DNA from: Chrysomallon squamiferum
Lineage: Eukaryota; Animalia; Mollusca
Assembly (NCBI GenBank): GCA_012295275.1
Contig: CM022670.1
Coordinates: forward strand, 13,950,001 to 14,014,000
DNA length: 64,000 nucleotides
Direction: 5' to 3'
Shown piece by piece: positions 29,266 to 44,788 of this stretch. Below the pieces are notes generated by a model. The model was not told the origin of the DNA, did not search any database, and saw only the letters and a program-made list of their open reading frames with translations. The translations under genes and the position numbers were made by a program. Every line of letters begins with the position of its first letter. The stretch's first letter is position 1.

Positions 29266-32200
29266 AAGCAGAAGAAAAGAAACTACACTTACATGACCGT
29301 ACAACACGGTACTCTGGTTACCAAATACACAGAGTCAATTGGATTGGCAACAGCGTTCTAACACTTTTATGTTACGGAAGGTCGTAAGAACTTTTTTCCC
29401 AAAAGAAAATAAAACCCATGCAAACATGAAGGCCAAACAGCTATTGAAACTGGCACGGTTGGATAAACTTGGCTGTTACTAAGTTGTGAGCTTATTATTA
29501 GTTTGTTCGTTGTAACTCAATGAATTTTTTTTTTAATTATTTCTGAGACTGGTACATTATACCTGTCCAGTTTACTATTTTCAAACGACCTCGTCTTTGA
29601 TATAGTAATGGAAATAATAATTATTTGTACAGTATGCCCTCGAAAAATGTATCTGAACCTGTAGTATAGTAATGTACGTAGGTATCTGATATATTCTGGT
29701 GATGCAGGCAATTGTATCCATGACAGAGATACGTGAATATTTAGATAGAGCCCACACCAGCACATATGTCTGTCTGTAGAGAATATTGACCATTTATTTC
29801 ACTAAAGTTTTATGGTAGTTCGTCCGATATTATGATAAAACAAAGAGTACTGACATTATTATAAATAAAGTATGAAAAAAACTGATGTTCTAAATTTTAC
29901 ATTTCTGTTGCTAAAAATATCATGTCTCTGTAATTTTGGATAAAGACATAAAACATCATTCTGGACGAATGGAAAAACGTCCACAAGAAATGCAATAACT
30001 AGTTTCTTTCGTAGAACCGAAATTCCAGTTCAGAATGAAAGTTAATTTTAAAATATGGAATGAACACAGACTAAAGGAAATAGTATAAAAACTTCACAGG
30101 CTTTTTTTTTTTTGATGGGTTTGATTATTTCCTCGGTTGTGATATTTACTGTTCTTTCTTACAGTCTCTTTATTCTTCATTCGTTATTATGTGTTTATTT
30201 AAGGATCTAATTTAAATGGTTAGGGAATTTTAAACTGATAATATTATTTGTTTCTTCTTTTCTTAGTCATTCATCCATTTATTGATTCGTTCGTTCGTTC
30301 GTTTATTTTTATTTTTTATTTATTTATTTGTATACGCAGGACACTTTATTCCTCCGCTTCACATGCACACCTGCAAACACAACAATTAAAAAAAACACAG
30401 CAGGCGTTTTTATGTGCAAACCTTTTTGTAAAATAAAAAAATAAAAATTTCCAGAGGCTGGACACCACAGTTATATCCGTGAAGCTGACGACAATGGTTT
30501 GTTCTGGAGCATTGTCAGAATCTAATCGCCGTGAATGGGCCGTCGTAGCATCCGAGATTAACACACATTCCTTGGTGTTGCTGTTTTCACAGGACCGATA
30601 CCCTTGAGTGCAGCCATCCGGGTATTCTCGGCTGAACTCGGAACTGGAACGTTCACGGCCATAAATAACGGAGGGACTATTGAGTAGCATCAGTTCTGAC
30701 AGGAAGAACGAATTTTATTAATCTGTAAAAACACTCGGACTTTGGTTGCTTTAATCCGAGAGGAATGCAGAACAGAAACAGTGTGACGAGGAAAAACAAA
30801 TGGGCCGAAAAGGTCGTGAAGTTGTCATAAAAATCATTCAATATTTAAGCGAAATTTTAAGTTGTTTTTTTTTAGGTGTTTTATTTTATTTTATTTTTTA
30901 TGATGGATGGTGGTTTGAAGGAAAGGTTCTGACCAGTCATGGTTTGTGAATAAATTGCATTTTTTTATCGTCTTCCCTCTATAAATCAGTCAATCAATCA
31001 ATTTCTCCCATTTAATGAGAAGTTAATTTAAAAGGTGAATAAAATACATAATTAAACTCACAGAGAAACACACATTCAACACATACACACACACAATTAA
31101 ATAAATAAATAAAAGAAAAACATACAGAAGAGCGATGGAAAAAGAAAAACAAAAAAAAAAAACATTTCTAAAACATGCTTTACTCATACATCTACACCGA
31201 AGGCATGTTTACATGCGCCACTACAAAAGACTAGCCCGTGTACAACAGGTTTTTATATTCAACCAGTGTCTAATGTCAGCGGCCGTAGAATCAGAAACTG
31301 ACCCTTAATTATAATATTGACTCAGGTGTGGACATGCAGTGGAACACGCCGGTTTGGAACCCGTTCCATTGTTGTTCGAACATAAAAGGCCTCAGGCTCT
31401 AGGATTGATCAGCATTACAGACATATGTTTCTCATATGGACCATGTTTTCAGAGAGAACCTGGTGACCAAAGTGTTTACATGCGAATCTGATGTTGCCTG
31501 CTGCATGTGATTATATTGTTTTCTCAGTGCTTGTTCACCTTCAGATTGTTCTGCGTTGAGAAAATAGCGCTGGGTAACTTCCATTTTAGAGCAGTTCCAA
31601 ATAAAAAAATATTGGAAGTATCCATATATATATATATATATACGAAGAATTAAATTTAAAAAATAATTATCCAGGAATTGATTTGTCTACCTAAGACACT
31701 GTTAATGGGTTATTCAGTTAGATTCAAGAGAACTTGTCGTTGTCTTATACCTGCTCCACTGACTGGAACATAAGCCAGCTCCAAGTCGCGAGCTCACTAT
31801 CTACCAGTCACGAAACTAGCCATGTACCACCTAGTCTACATAAAGATATAACTCTTCTTTGACATTTATAGATTAGCAGTGCACTACGAAAATAGGTAAC
31901 AAAGGGATTGTATTTCACAGAGGACAATGTACAGAAATATCCCATGACGTTAATGTAGATTGTCACGGCGCAAAGTATCATATTTCATTAGAAGTTGTAG
32001 AAGTCGATACATTGTAATAACGGAAAATGTAAATCACTGTATGTTAGAACTTCTACTTGTTAAAAGTGATGCGGGTATTTGGGCTCTATTATCAACGTCA
32101 TGATAATAATATTAACAAAATAGTAAAGAATAGTTAAATAAAATATATCAGATAACACGCTTTTTATTTTATGTACCTGGCCTCCCCGACAGCGGTTAAC

Positions 32201-35200
32201 TTTTAATAAACATGAAGGTTTAATAACTCTAAAATAAAACGAGTTAATATATTACAAAATAAAAGACGAAACAGATAAATAAATAACGAAGCCTACCATT
32301 ACTGATAGGATTATGTTAGCTTTGATAAGATTAATTGAAAACACTACAAAATACTGGAGAGTACTGCAAAACAGATCTAAATTGTTAGAGACTAGCAAAT
32401 GATTGCAGGCATTGTGCCGAATCACGCCACCTCTTCAACCCCGAAGCGTTATGTCCAGTTACAAACTGTGCGCTGCTTTATTAAATGCATGGTTGTGCTT
32501 TCCTTACTATAGAGAAATTAAAGGCATTTCACTTACTACTCGTTCTATGTAATCTGTTCATCTAACAAACCATCCTAATGCCTCTTTATTCATATAACAA
32601 AACGATTGTTGCTGAAGACAACCTTTACTTGTATGAGAAATGCAGAGTGTGTGTTTTTTCTGGGTTTTGGAAAGGTAAAAGGGCAATACACCCACTTTCT
32701 GTTGTACGTAACATCTACTTAACTATCAGTCCTTCTCAACACCTCGATATTCACACAACAAAGCTTCACGTACAAGACAAACATATTTCATAACAGCTAA
32801 AGCCGGTGGTGTCTTTCGTAACAGCACATTTTACAGAAACCTTTAATCTTTCTTCCAACCTGATACCAAGTAGAGAGTTTTAAACTGACACCTTTCGTAA
32901 CTCGTGATTGGTTCCTCTCTATCTTTAGTCCAAAACAGAAGCACCCGGGGACATTTGGGAATTAGCTTCACAATAATACCACTATCTTCTTGGGTCATCA
33001 CTAATTCCACAATTCCACAATGACAAAGTAATCAAGCGAAATGGGTTATAAAACAAAACGAACTAGTCTGTTGTTACTGTAGAAAGGTTAAATATATCGT
33101 TATCGCATCAGCTTGGTCTGTTTTATTTTATCTGTCTGATGGCATGGATTTTTGTTTATTTATTTATTTATTTATTTATTTTATCGTATTCTTTTTATTT
33201 TATTTTCTTGCAGTTAATTTTTCGAGAGGAAAATATTGTAATCAGCATTTTGAAATCCAACTTACAGATATATATTTCCAGTAAAATATCTTAACGTAAT
33301 TTTGGAAAACATTAATTTTCGATATTGATAAAACCATTACATTACTGAAAAATAGTTCAGTTTGCACTGCATATAGGTCAAACATTTCTTTCTTGTTTAC
33401 CTTTACCAGAAGCAAAGGTCTGTTTCAGAAACCAACTATATCTGTTTGCTGTCTTAAGACGTACAGAATTCAATATAACGGGCTGAATATATTTTGGTAT
33501 ATTAAGGCAACATAAAAGTGGTCGTTTATATAATGTTTAATTTTTTTTAATTTATTATATTATACCAGACAGTGATTAAACCATTTTATATGAAGCTTAA
33601 AAATCTGTTTTGACGCTTTGAGTGAATTCCTTTATTGTAAAACATAAAAGCAGAATCAAATTGTCAAATATTATATTTATCTCAGTGTCAATTGCGCCCA
33701 ACCCCGTTCAAATGAAAATTTATGATTCCATGTTAAGGATGTTTTGGAATACGGAATGTTGTAAAATATTAAGGGAGAATCAAATTGTCATTATTTATAT
33801 ATATCTATGGGATAACATGTTTATCTCATAATCGATAATGACAAAAAAACCTTTAAAATGAGGCTTAAGAACTTCTACTTACAGCTAAGAATGAATACAG
33901 TAAATGGTAAAACATTAAGGCAACATGAAAGAACATTAATATACAGTTTAAGTTGTTTATGTTACCATAGACAGTGACCAAGCCCTTTTAGATACCACAT
34001 AAGTATCCCTGCTCGAAGTTGTGAATGGACACCGAACATTATAAATCGTGGGAAGAAAAAGAAATGCGTAAATGTGACGTCACACGAGTGATAAGATACA
34101 TAATATGATTCCACGGTTGATGGTCAGTGTGTGATAGCGTGTGAAGTGAACGTTTTTCACATGGAGTCAGTTATCGGTGTTATTCCTGACAACAAGTTGA
34201 CAGGTAAACGTCAGGTGTGTTTGTTCTACAAATATTTCATGTCTGTCATTTTCTACTGGTAGCATTTACTTTTCTTACAATGCTCTTGTGAATCGTACTG
34301 CTGTCTAGTAATCACATTTTTACTGCACAAAATATGTATTTTAAAAGAATGAGAACATGACTGAAACGGCTGGCCATCGGCGTGATAAGTCTAAGGATTA
34401 ACTCTATCTTAATGCACTCACTACCTTATTCTCTGCTGTGCTTCGAAACACTGTCCTACATGAAACCTAACCCATTTGTTACCACATTCTCTTACTGTTG
34501 ATATAAAAGGTAGTATGCAATTGTAGGTCTGTTAAGCTTTATATACGACCTTGACAGACGGTGAATAAACCATCGACAGAAGTATGTGCACTGGATGAAC
34601 GGCCATAAATCAGAAGTGGAAAGATGAAGACAACTGTCATTGAGAAACTGCTGATGTTTCTTGTTATCAACGCGCTTAACAGAACGACGTTTGATAAGCC
34701 TTTGTTGAAGGTTTATCAATATTTGATAGCGTATCCTCCAGAGAGCAGTTTTATGGCCCAAACAGCACCTGCACTGAAATAATGGATAATGGCCTTTAGG
34801 CGAGGGTTCATAATAGTCATGGCTGCCATTCATATAAAAATCAGATAACGGCTTTAACAACTGCCAAAAACTGTCGAAATATTTACTTGAATGCATAAAG
34901 CGATGATCTTCATGAATACTCGGTTTAATTTTATAACGATTAAAATGCTTTGTCATAACTGCGTTTTTTTTTCACACCTCATGCCATATTTCATGTTTTA
35001 TGTTTCAGTTTTGAATGAATTCGGGTGTGCGTGTATGTGAATCAAAATTAACAAACCATTACAAGAACTCCAACAAGGTCAAACATGCACGCGACATTCC
35101 GTTACTTCATAAAACTAAATTAGAACTGATGTTAAGAACCCACTGACTGTCATGCTACTAATGCTGTAAATTGTTCCCGTTACTTCAGTTCTTGCTTTCC

Positions 35201-38200
35201 TTATGTATTATTTAATGCACCCGTTTGACTTAGGGTATCACAAAGTCGTGCGTACACGCATTAGTGCTGAAAGAACGATTTACAATACTGGTATGATTTA
35301 ATAAGCAGGATCATGTTGTAATTGAGGGAAGTCAAAAGAAAGGTTCAAAGACTTTCAAGGTGACGTAGCACTAAAAGCAGCTTTTGCTGAATCATCTTTC
35401 AAAACATGACAGTTTCTGTTTTAAGTACATTTTAATACTTCGCTGAGAGAATATTTTATAATAAGTCCTTTTCAAGAAACAGTAATAATTCGCAATAAAA
35501 TTAAATATTCCTCCGAATAATAAATCAAGAAATATACCCAGTCTGAAAAAAAAAATATAAAAATATATAAAAAAAAAAATAAATAAATAAAAAAAAAAAA
35601 AAAAATAAATAAAAATACTAAAAAAAGAGAGAGAGTAGAAATACCGTCCCTCATAAATCTAGATTAGTAGCATACATTAACTAATCTTGTGACATTTTTT
35701 CTTCACTCAGTTAAACAGCTGTGAAATGCTGACATCAGAAATAACACACACATGTAAACAATGAAATGTCTGTGTTTGTATATCGTGGTACGTTATCGTG
35801 TTATTTACAAATCTCTGATAACATTTTTTTTCTTTCGCTGTAACCTGATGACATTGTTTAAAGCAGGGTTTTGAAACCTGATTATGAACTTTACCAGTAC
35901 GTCTATTATACTGATTGTATTTATAACATTAGTTTTTCATATACTGTCGTCGTCGTCGTTGTTGCCATTTACTAGTAGTAGCAGCACCAACAGTAGCAAT
36001 AGTAGTAGCAGTAGCAGCAGTAGTAGTAGTAGTAGTAGTAGTAATTTGCTATGTTGTTAATGCTATTTTTAATTTGCCTGCTTATATATTAACTTTTATT
36101 TTGCAATTTGTTAATTTTTTTTTATTTGACTATTAATTAATTTCTAACTTCATTCATTCTGTTATTTATGGATCCATTCACCTTTTTCAGAAACAGAACA
36201 CATTAAGAATCACCTGTTTAAAACATCACCGAATTCTATTTCTAACACGCTCTAAACAACGTCTGCTTAATTTCAGCTTGGATGGCACGTAAAGTAGGCT
36301 AATTTCATTTTTATTTTGGCACGGTTATAAAAGTGGCTACTTTAATGTCGGCGCGGATGTAAAACAAGTTAATTTTATGTCGACACGGTGATATAACCAA
36401 CGAGCTAGAGAAATTATGTTCATTATTCTAGACTGCATTATATTTTCACATAGTAACCACTGAAAACAAAAGAAGAAAAAAAAAGTGTTAATTCTTCCCT
36501 TGTGGTGCGCTTTATTATCGATACTAGATAACCTTGGTACCACTTAGTGTGAATTACGTCACGTGACTGACATCAGGCCATCGTACCCCGGCGTCTGGTT
36601 CCAGTCGTCTCGACGGGAAGATGCTGCGATCGTGCAGTATAATCTGACATTTATTGTCATGTCCAGCAAATTATTTTCAAAAGTAATTGCCATTTACGGG
36701 TAATCCCATAAAGCAAGGAACGCAGAGAAAACAGTGTAGAGGAATTTTACTTCGAAGTTTTCATTCAGCAAAACAGCACTGATAAGTTTACTGTCATAAA
36801 ACAGACGTTGAAAGCTGAAGACAAAGTTTTGATAATTCTATGTTAATGGACATTATAATGGTCCATTTATTTTTCAGTATAGTTTCGTGTTAATAAATAA
36901 ATCATCACGAAAAGACCTTACAGGAAAGATGTCCGACCAACCCATCATATGAGTCTGAAAAGGGGATTTCTTTATACTCCCTAACCAGCGTATTGTAGCA
37001 AATGCTAAACCTATCTATCCGCAGCCTTTCACATGCTTTGAACAGGTTACAACAATCCAAAATTAAAAATATGAAACGATAATTCAAATATTTTCAGTAA
37101 CGACTATGAAAATATGGATTAATACTAATGATTAAATGGTATCAAATATAAGATAAAAGAAAAAAGAAATTAATCAAAGATTAGTCTGACATTTCACACT
37201 AAATAAAGCACTGTTAATTAAATTGCTGCAGCATAAGGAATACGATATTAGATAATCATTAAGGCCAATGAGTGAAATGTAATCCTGTATTATAGAGAGG
37301 GTGAGAACAGGCAACAGGAGAAGTGACAATATAATCTTAGACTTGACACCACACAAATATTCGCGTGCCAGCCAGTAAAGTACGTAACAGGACCATGCTC
37401 GGACTTTTCAACAGCAAACAAGCCGGACAATAATCTTGGGTGGCGATCTGTTAATTAGTGTATTTGTGAGCAAGGAAAAGACGCCAGAGGCTTTGCTGTT
37501 GTTATACGAGTGGACAAAATAAAGAAAATATTAACAACGCGCTGTGCCCGTGTAACACTAACTGTGCGTCAGTCAGGGAAACATCTTACGAGTTGTATGA
37601 ATTCTCACTGGACAAATTGAAGCCCACGGCTATTTCACTCGTTCTCCATATAACCAGATCATTTTAAGAAAGGAGTCACCATAGTAGATTATTCGGTGTC
37701 CCCACCCACGAGCGACATCCATATCCACATGGGTCTTACGGATCCATGGATGTGGATGTGGATATTATTATTATTATTATTATTATTATAGAAACAACAT
37801 CTTATTCTCTGAGTATGTGTATATGTAAGTGTGTGACAAAGAAATAAAGAAAGAGACAGAGAAAAGATTAAGATCCAAAAGCTGTCCCATTTCATAAACT
37901 TTTAAAGCTATGTGACCGACATTTAAAAGCATTTTAACTGAATAATCGGTTCCTCCGCATCTATCAGAACCCCATTTGTCAAACACCAATTTGTTAGACA
38001 GTTTGTGAGATAGTGTAATTAGTTTGACTGGCTGGCCTCACTATAATGGGATGATAGCCCAATAAGATTGATATTAAATAAATTCATTGTTCAATTGATG
38101 GTAACATTTGCATGGGATAGTCCAATTTGGCACGAAATATATGGAGTTTTTTTAGCATAAAAAGCACATAAAATATTTGTAATGCATTTTCTATGATGTG

Positions 38201-39281
38201 TTTGCTAATGAATATTTTTTTCAGCCACCTTTCTGTTCCCGCCCTTCCTCGATTTTATCATTATATCTCTCATAAACTACATTACAGCTAGGACGCGAAC
38301 CTGATTTTATATTGTTTTTGTTCGGACTGTTTCTCTCAAGTGCAGATTTTGAACGTTATCAGCATGTCATCTGTCAAACAAAACACTTCCTCCTTTCGTT
38401 TTTATAACACCATTAACTCACTATCTTCAATCAGCTAACTGTATTTATGTTAACGTTACTTTTAAAATAACAGTCATTATTTTTCAAAACCTCATTAATG
38501 ATATACAACATGTAAACATGGAGAGGTATAAAATACAGCTATATTTACAATTAAAAATTTGTAGCAAACCAATGTTTATCCAGTACGAGATTCAAAACGA
38601 CTTTCACTAGGTCCAGTCTTGGGAACTGATTCGCGTGCATACCCGACGTCAAGTCGTTGTAGACGGTAATGTTCTGTGTTTAATAATTCAACTGTCTAGC
38701 GCGACCAGTTGGGCCAACACACATGTCAGGGTTAGTAAACTCATTATATCTACCCACTCGTTTGTTTCCTGCCGAGGAGAAATACTAAGAGATATGTTTT
38801 ATTTATTTCTTTTGTTTCCAAGTGTTTGTTTTCTTTCGGAATTAATGTCACGTAGAACAGTCTGTTTGTATGTTGTTTGTTTCTGAATTACGTCTAGTCA
38901 AGCTGAATGTTATTTATTTGGGGTTTTTTTGTAAATTATGTTTATAAATACATTTTGTTAAACATTTCGCTATTCGAAGAGTGAAATTAAATAAAAGTTT
39001 CTAATGGAGAATGAATACTGCGCGTGGCTTATGTATTTGTATAGGTGTCTTTCTTTAAACATACATGTAGCTATGTACGTATATATGTATGTGTGTGCAT
39101 GTGTGTGTGTTCGTTCAAAATTCGTTTCTATGATAATAATTATATAAATTTCTTTACCATATTTTAGAAATTAAGGCGAATAAAGAACTACTGGCAATTC
39201 TTACTATGTCATCTAAAGTACATCTATTCGTACACGGCGTATAACTACACAGTCATGGTAAAACAACCAGTTTCTTTTTTA

Positions 39282-39323
<42 letters not shown>

Positions 39324-40016
39324 AATATGTACTCTGGTAATCCATTTTTCAAATCATTTCACTGTTAGTTATTATGAGTTTCTCTGTTTGATTCAGTGTG
39401 ACACAATAATATTTTGAAAAACTGATATACTTCAAGGCGTATCTTTTTACAAAGGCCAGACAAGAATGTCGCAATGGTTTGAAAAAAATAATTGACAAGT
39501 CTTGTCCGCGTAACATATCTACGTTTCGCTCTGGAGCGCACCTGTTTCATAAAATGTCTTCAAACTTGTCAAACATCTGTCTCCGGACAGTTATTAAAAC
39601 GTTACTACATCATTTCGCTCATGAATGTACAGTAATGGTCATTTTAAAAGCAATTGAAGGCTTTAATTGAGTCTTACGGAGCCATTTAGACGCCATGTTG
39701 ATAAGCCGTACGCGTGACGTCACACTCGGAAGCTTATACCTGGGTAATTTCTGTGTCAACATAACATCTGCTTCCAGTGTTTGCCGTCTGGTGTCCAGAG
39801 GCAGCAGTGAAATACTGTGTGTTTTTAATATACACACGCGTCCACTCAGAGCTACAGCAAGAACAATAAGAGCGTCCACAGTACCGTGCTGTTTGAAGTA
39901 AAGATTTTAAAATAACAATAAACCAAAACAAAATAGAGAGAACAGTATAAAACTGATATGAAAAGGTTACGCTTATAATTATTTGTTTCGTTTTTATTTA
40001 TTTATTTGTTTGTTTG

Positions 40017-40047
<31 letters not shown>

Positions 40048-43000
40048 TTTTTTGTTTGTTTGTTTATTTATTTATTTATTCTGTATAACAATTTATTGAC
40101 TATATCTAGTTGATGTCCAATTATTCATAAACAATTAATCATTCTAAACACGCACAAACACATACAAAATGCACGTGTCTCTATCTCTGTTTTACATACA
40201 CACAAATATACAGTCAAACACACACACACACATACACAAACATACGCCCTCAGACACACAAAACAAACGAAACAAAATAAATGACGCGATGATATTCTGT
40301 TTGCTTTTACTTTGGTATATAAATCATATATAATTATGTATTGTGTCTAAATGTGTTGTTTTTATTTGTTTACTTGTTAAAATGTAAGTCACTTGACTGT
40401 GTATGCACGTCACCCGTCACAACTACGAATAATCAACACACAAAAAGAGACGTTTATGAGTTCTTTTCATCGTATACACGATATAAAACATGAATTTTAT
40501 ATTGTATAAAGACAGTAATCTATGATGGCTCTTTAGCGTACTACAAAGATGAATTTTCTGTTTTGTGATCTTTATTTTTTTTATTTTATATATATATATA
40601 TATAAACTGATGAAGGTAGTCATGGTGTTTGTAATATCATCATTGTATAAAAAAAAAAAAAAAAAACATACGCTAGATATTTGATAATTGTGAATAACAA
40701 CATGATATGTCATTTATTTCCTAATAATGTTTGTTACTTTGTTTATTTGTTTTTTGCTGTTTTGGGTTTTTTTTGTTGTTGTTGTTTTTTTACAATTAAT
40801 TAAAGCATTAAAATTTATTCTAATTATAAATTATATATTATATATCTGTTATCTTCGTTTAATAATTAATCTACGAATGTTCAGTGTTTCTCAACACAGC
40901 CTTACTACGAGGTCATTTAATGGTCAACTTGGATGGATATTCTCCCGACCACACCTTTACCCTGTGGTCATTTTATGGTCAGGCTTGGACAAAACTCCCA
41001 TTCTTACCAATCGCACTCAGTCCTTCACGTCATTTTTATGGACAGCCCGAGTTGTCCACATTCCTCTGACAGCCAGAAAAGAGACAGGTAAGTCATGTCC
41101 AAACAAAGTGAATCGTGTACACGTATATAATATCCGCGGAACCTGCACCTGTCCATCGGGAAACGTGTTGTACACACCTGTGCCTGCGTCGGCGCGGTTG
41201 TCATCGTCGTTGTCCTAATTGTGAAGACCCCCACTTCATCAGCGTCCGCACGCAGAGGGAGGGCCGGAGATGCTGGCGGTTGATAAAAAGTCTGGACAAC
41301 AGTGCGATAACGTCGTCACGGCGAACCGACCGTCAAGATGGGCAGTCTTGTGTGACTTCATTATTTGGGTACACTGGGGAACAAGTCCAGGGTTGTTTAG
41401 TATACTTTAAGGTCAGTTTCCGGAGATCAAGAACGGAATCGGAGAAGACAACTTTCTGAGGGGGGGGGGAAACGTGGTTAGAAATGTAGAAAGTATTATA
41501 CATTAGCAGAAACTTGATGTAAACTTACTATAATGCACATGATTATATCTACAAAACAAACAAATGAACCAAGATAACGATAATTTTGTTACCAACATAC
41601 GTACGTTTAAAGTGCACAAAATAGAAACATAATACTACTTTAAAAAACTGACAACAAAACCAGACCTGTTAAAAGGCTATGGACATCTAGTAATAAGTCC
41701 ATTGTTTTATCCTTTTTTTTATCATATCAAAACAACATATGCATGACAACAAACTCAAAATAAGGATGGAGAAATAAATGCACATATAACTATAAACAAA
41801 GAGATATATATAATCAGCAAATATACTTTCACACTCAGATACTGAAATACCCATTTCACGAACATAGATAACATTACATAAGAAATAACGTATACAGTCA
41901 TCTTCCCCACCACCATCCACCCTTGTTTACCACCATTCACCGCCCTGTGTCCGCCTACACCCCTGACTCAGTGACTGCTCGGTGTATAGGTCAACAAAAC
42001 AGGATTCAATCTGCCTTCGATATCTATAAACCGGTCAGTGACGCTAATTTTAGCCTGTTAGATGAACTATATCGGCCATCACAAAGCAGAGCCTACTGCG
42101 TTTAAAATAAAGTACATATTTCTGTGACAAAGTAAACTACATACATATATACAAAGCAAAACCATACAAAGATTAATTCAAAGCTTTTCAGACTGAAAGT
42201 AAATATACTGGACCTGTGGTTTCGTGGTTTGTGTATGCGTGTAGATGTATTTATAATATATAAACACACCCTAGTCATGTTCATCGATGCGAATCACGAT
42301 GATGAAATTATTTTTCTCTACGTACATACTGCACCTACGTCGTAAGCTATCTGACCTTATAGTTCAAACTAGAGCTGTGTCGTAAATATACAGTCACGTA
42401 TAGAATACAGCTATTAGGCGCTCCTGTGACGTCAAATAATTTAACGTTTATGCCTATGATGGGACCCTCACGTAGGCTTTGGCGGTCATCCGTAAACTTA
42501 TTATTTATGCGTTATTTACCTTTTCCACACACCTGCACCGCACTTGTAATAAATAATCGTACCTGACGTATGAAATTTATAGCCCTGAATCTATAATTTT
42601 GGTTTCTTGCTGAATCTCATGTAACAATGTCTTTTCCGTACGGTAAATATAAGCATTTATCTTCATTTACTTGACTTTCATCTCTCATTTACATTTCTTT
42701 TACACTTTTAGTGACACAAAAATCAGATTTCCACCACTTCGTTATCTTTTATGTCAAATATTTATAAATATCTTTACTCGCAGCAGTAATAAATACCTTT
42801 CTGAACAAAATGAAACAAAGGTATATCACGAAGGTGACTGACATTCCCAAAATTTCAGTCCTTTAATATTAATATATCTTTAACCAAAGTCCATCCGCGG
42901 TGACATAAATCCTGTCATGATAAATGGTCAGCATGTTTAAATATTACCTTGAACAGAAATACAGATTTGAGAATAGTTACCTAACATCATCAGCACAATT

Positions 43001-43523
43001 TCAATTATAATTTCAAATTGTCATTTTATTTCTACACAGTGTAGCGGTTTAGGTCGAAAGAATGAAGCATTTGTTATTGCCGTTTTCCAATTCTCTGTTT
43101 CATTCAAACACAAAGAATATTACTTCATAGAAAATTGTGAATATTCATGCTACATTAATCTGATCTGGTAACTGAGCGACAACTTTGACCACTCCTCGTC
43201 CCAACACGATCTTAAAGGTTTAATAACCTTTTCTACTTTAAACACACCCGTTATACCTTTGCTTTTGCTGATCTGTGGCATTATATTCATTGTAGAACCA
43301 CAACAAACTAGACTACTGCAATTGCAAAGGAAACGAAAGCTGGTGTGCGGTTTTGATCGATATGATGACGTTATGCAATGGTTACTTAATTAAACGATGT
43401 TGTAGATAGTGATCATACTAACTTCTAGAGCTCATTTTTGACACGGAGATATCCACCAGAAATGACATAACGAGTCTTGATTGGGTTCTGCTTAAATGGA
43501 TGATTTATTCGTTTTTGTTGGTG

Positions 43524-43568
<45 letters not shown>

Positions 43569-44788
43569 GTGTTGTATTAGTTATTAATACTGCTATTTCT
43601 GCTATTATTGTGATTGTTAATGACACTGCAGTTGTTCCTACGATTACTTGAAGTAGTAATAGTAGTAGAGTAGCAGCAACAGTAGTAACAGCAACAGCAG
43701 CTAGAAGTCGCAGCAGTAGTATGAATAATAGTTGTTGTAACTAATGTGTATATCTAATGTACAGGTAGATCATAGTTTATAATTGTATGACTCAAACCAT
43801 GCTCTTGAAGCTGATAATCAATTACTTAAGACATTTCAGATCTAGGTAAGTATATTTGATACAGTAAAATCCCATACATACCGATTCCATATCATGCAGT
43901 TTAATATCCCTCCTACTAAGGTTTCCACACGACATTTCAAAACTCACCATCTAATCTTTAGTCGACATCGCATGCAGATGGCCACTTTATCGCTCTGACC
44001 CAAGCTCTTAACAAAGTTTATATCAACAAAGAGTTATGGATACTTGTCGTGTAGATAACACGATATCTAAAATAGCTGTTTTCAGTTTAACAGATCGTAC
44101 GTCTGCAGCAGATAAAACAGATCAAAATGATATGGAAAGGCCAGAGTGTGCTGATATCACGGTTTGTGTTAAAAACGGATTGTTTTTATTTCTGTACACT
44201 GATAACGTGAACTCTTTACTACTAACAAGGAAACTGCAAGTGCATCTAGTCCAGGTTATTTATAGAATACAACTCGAATAGATTCTTACTAATATTACTT
44301 TAAACAGAGAAAGGTGATTATGAATGTCAGAAGCTAGAATATTCTAAATATGAGTGCTTCATTATTATCTAAATTTATGGTTACATTTTATAATTATATA
44401 AATAATATTCAGAAGAAAATCCAAACTGATAACTGAAGATGAATTTCCATTTCCGCTATATGTTCAGTTGGTGGTCAGCTTTTAAAATGTTTTAAATGTT
44501 CTAATGAAAACAGAGAAAGGAAACATGATGTCATTATTGAAATACAGATTTAAAACGTTATTTGTCTCTACAGTCGTAATCTTTTCTTAGATAGATAATC
44601 ATGTTGAAAGTTTAGGCTTAACTAAAAAAAAAATAGTAGTAGCAACTAATATAACAAAATCTTCAGCTGAAACATTAAGCGTAAAACAAAAGAAAGGCAG
44701 ATTATATGGTAAAAAAAAAAAAAAAAGACAATACACCGTCAGATTTAAAAATAGCAAGTCTACAATTTGAAAGAAAACACAGACTTAC

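Noticed and set aside
34492-34956. 154-aa minus-strand ORF in intron 1
   Set aside because: No recognisable homology, no convincing phase-0 donor to join exon 2, and a residue composition typical of non-coding DNA. Better read as a regulatory island.
44093-44161. Plus-strand exon-like stretch (DRTSAADKTDQNDMERPECADIT) between aacag and gtttgt
   Set aside because: Weak splice sites and an unrecognisable peptide. Nothing links it to the EGF exon.
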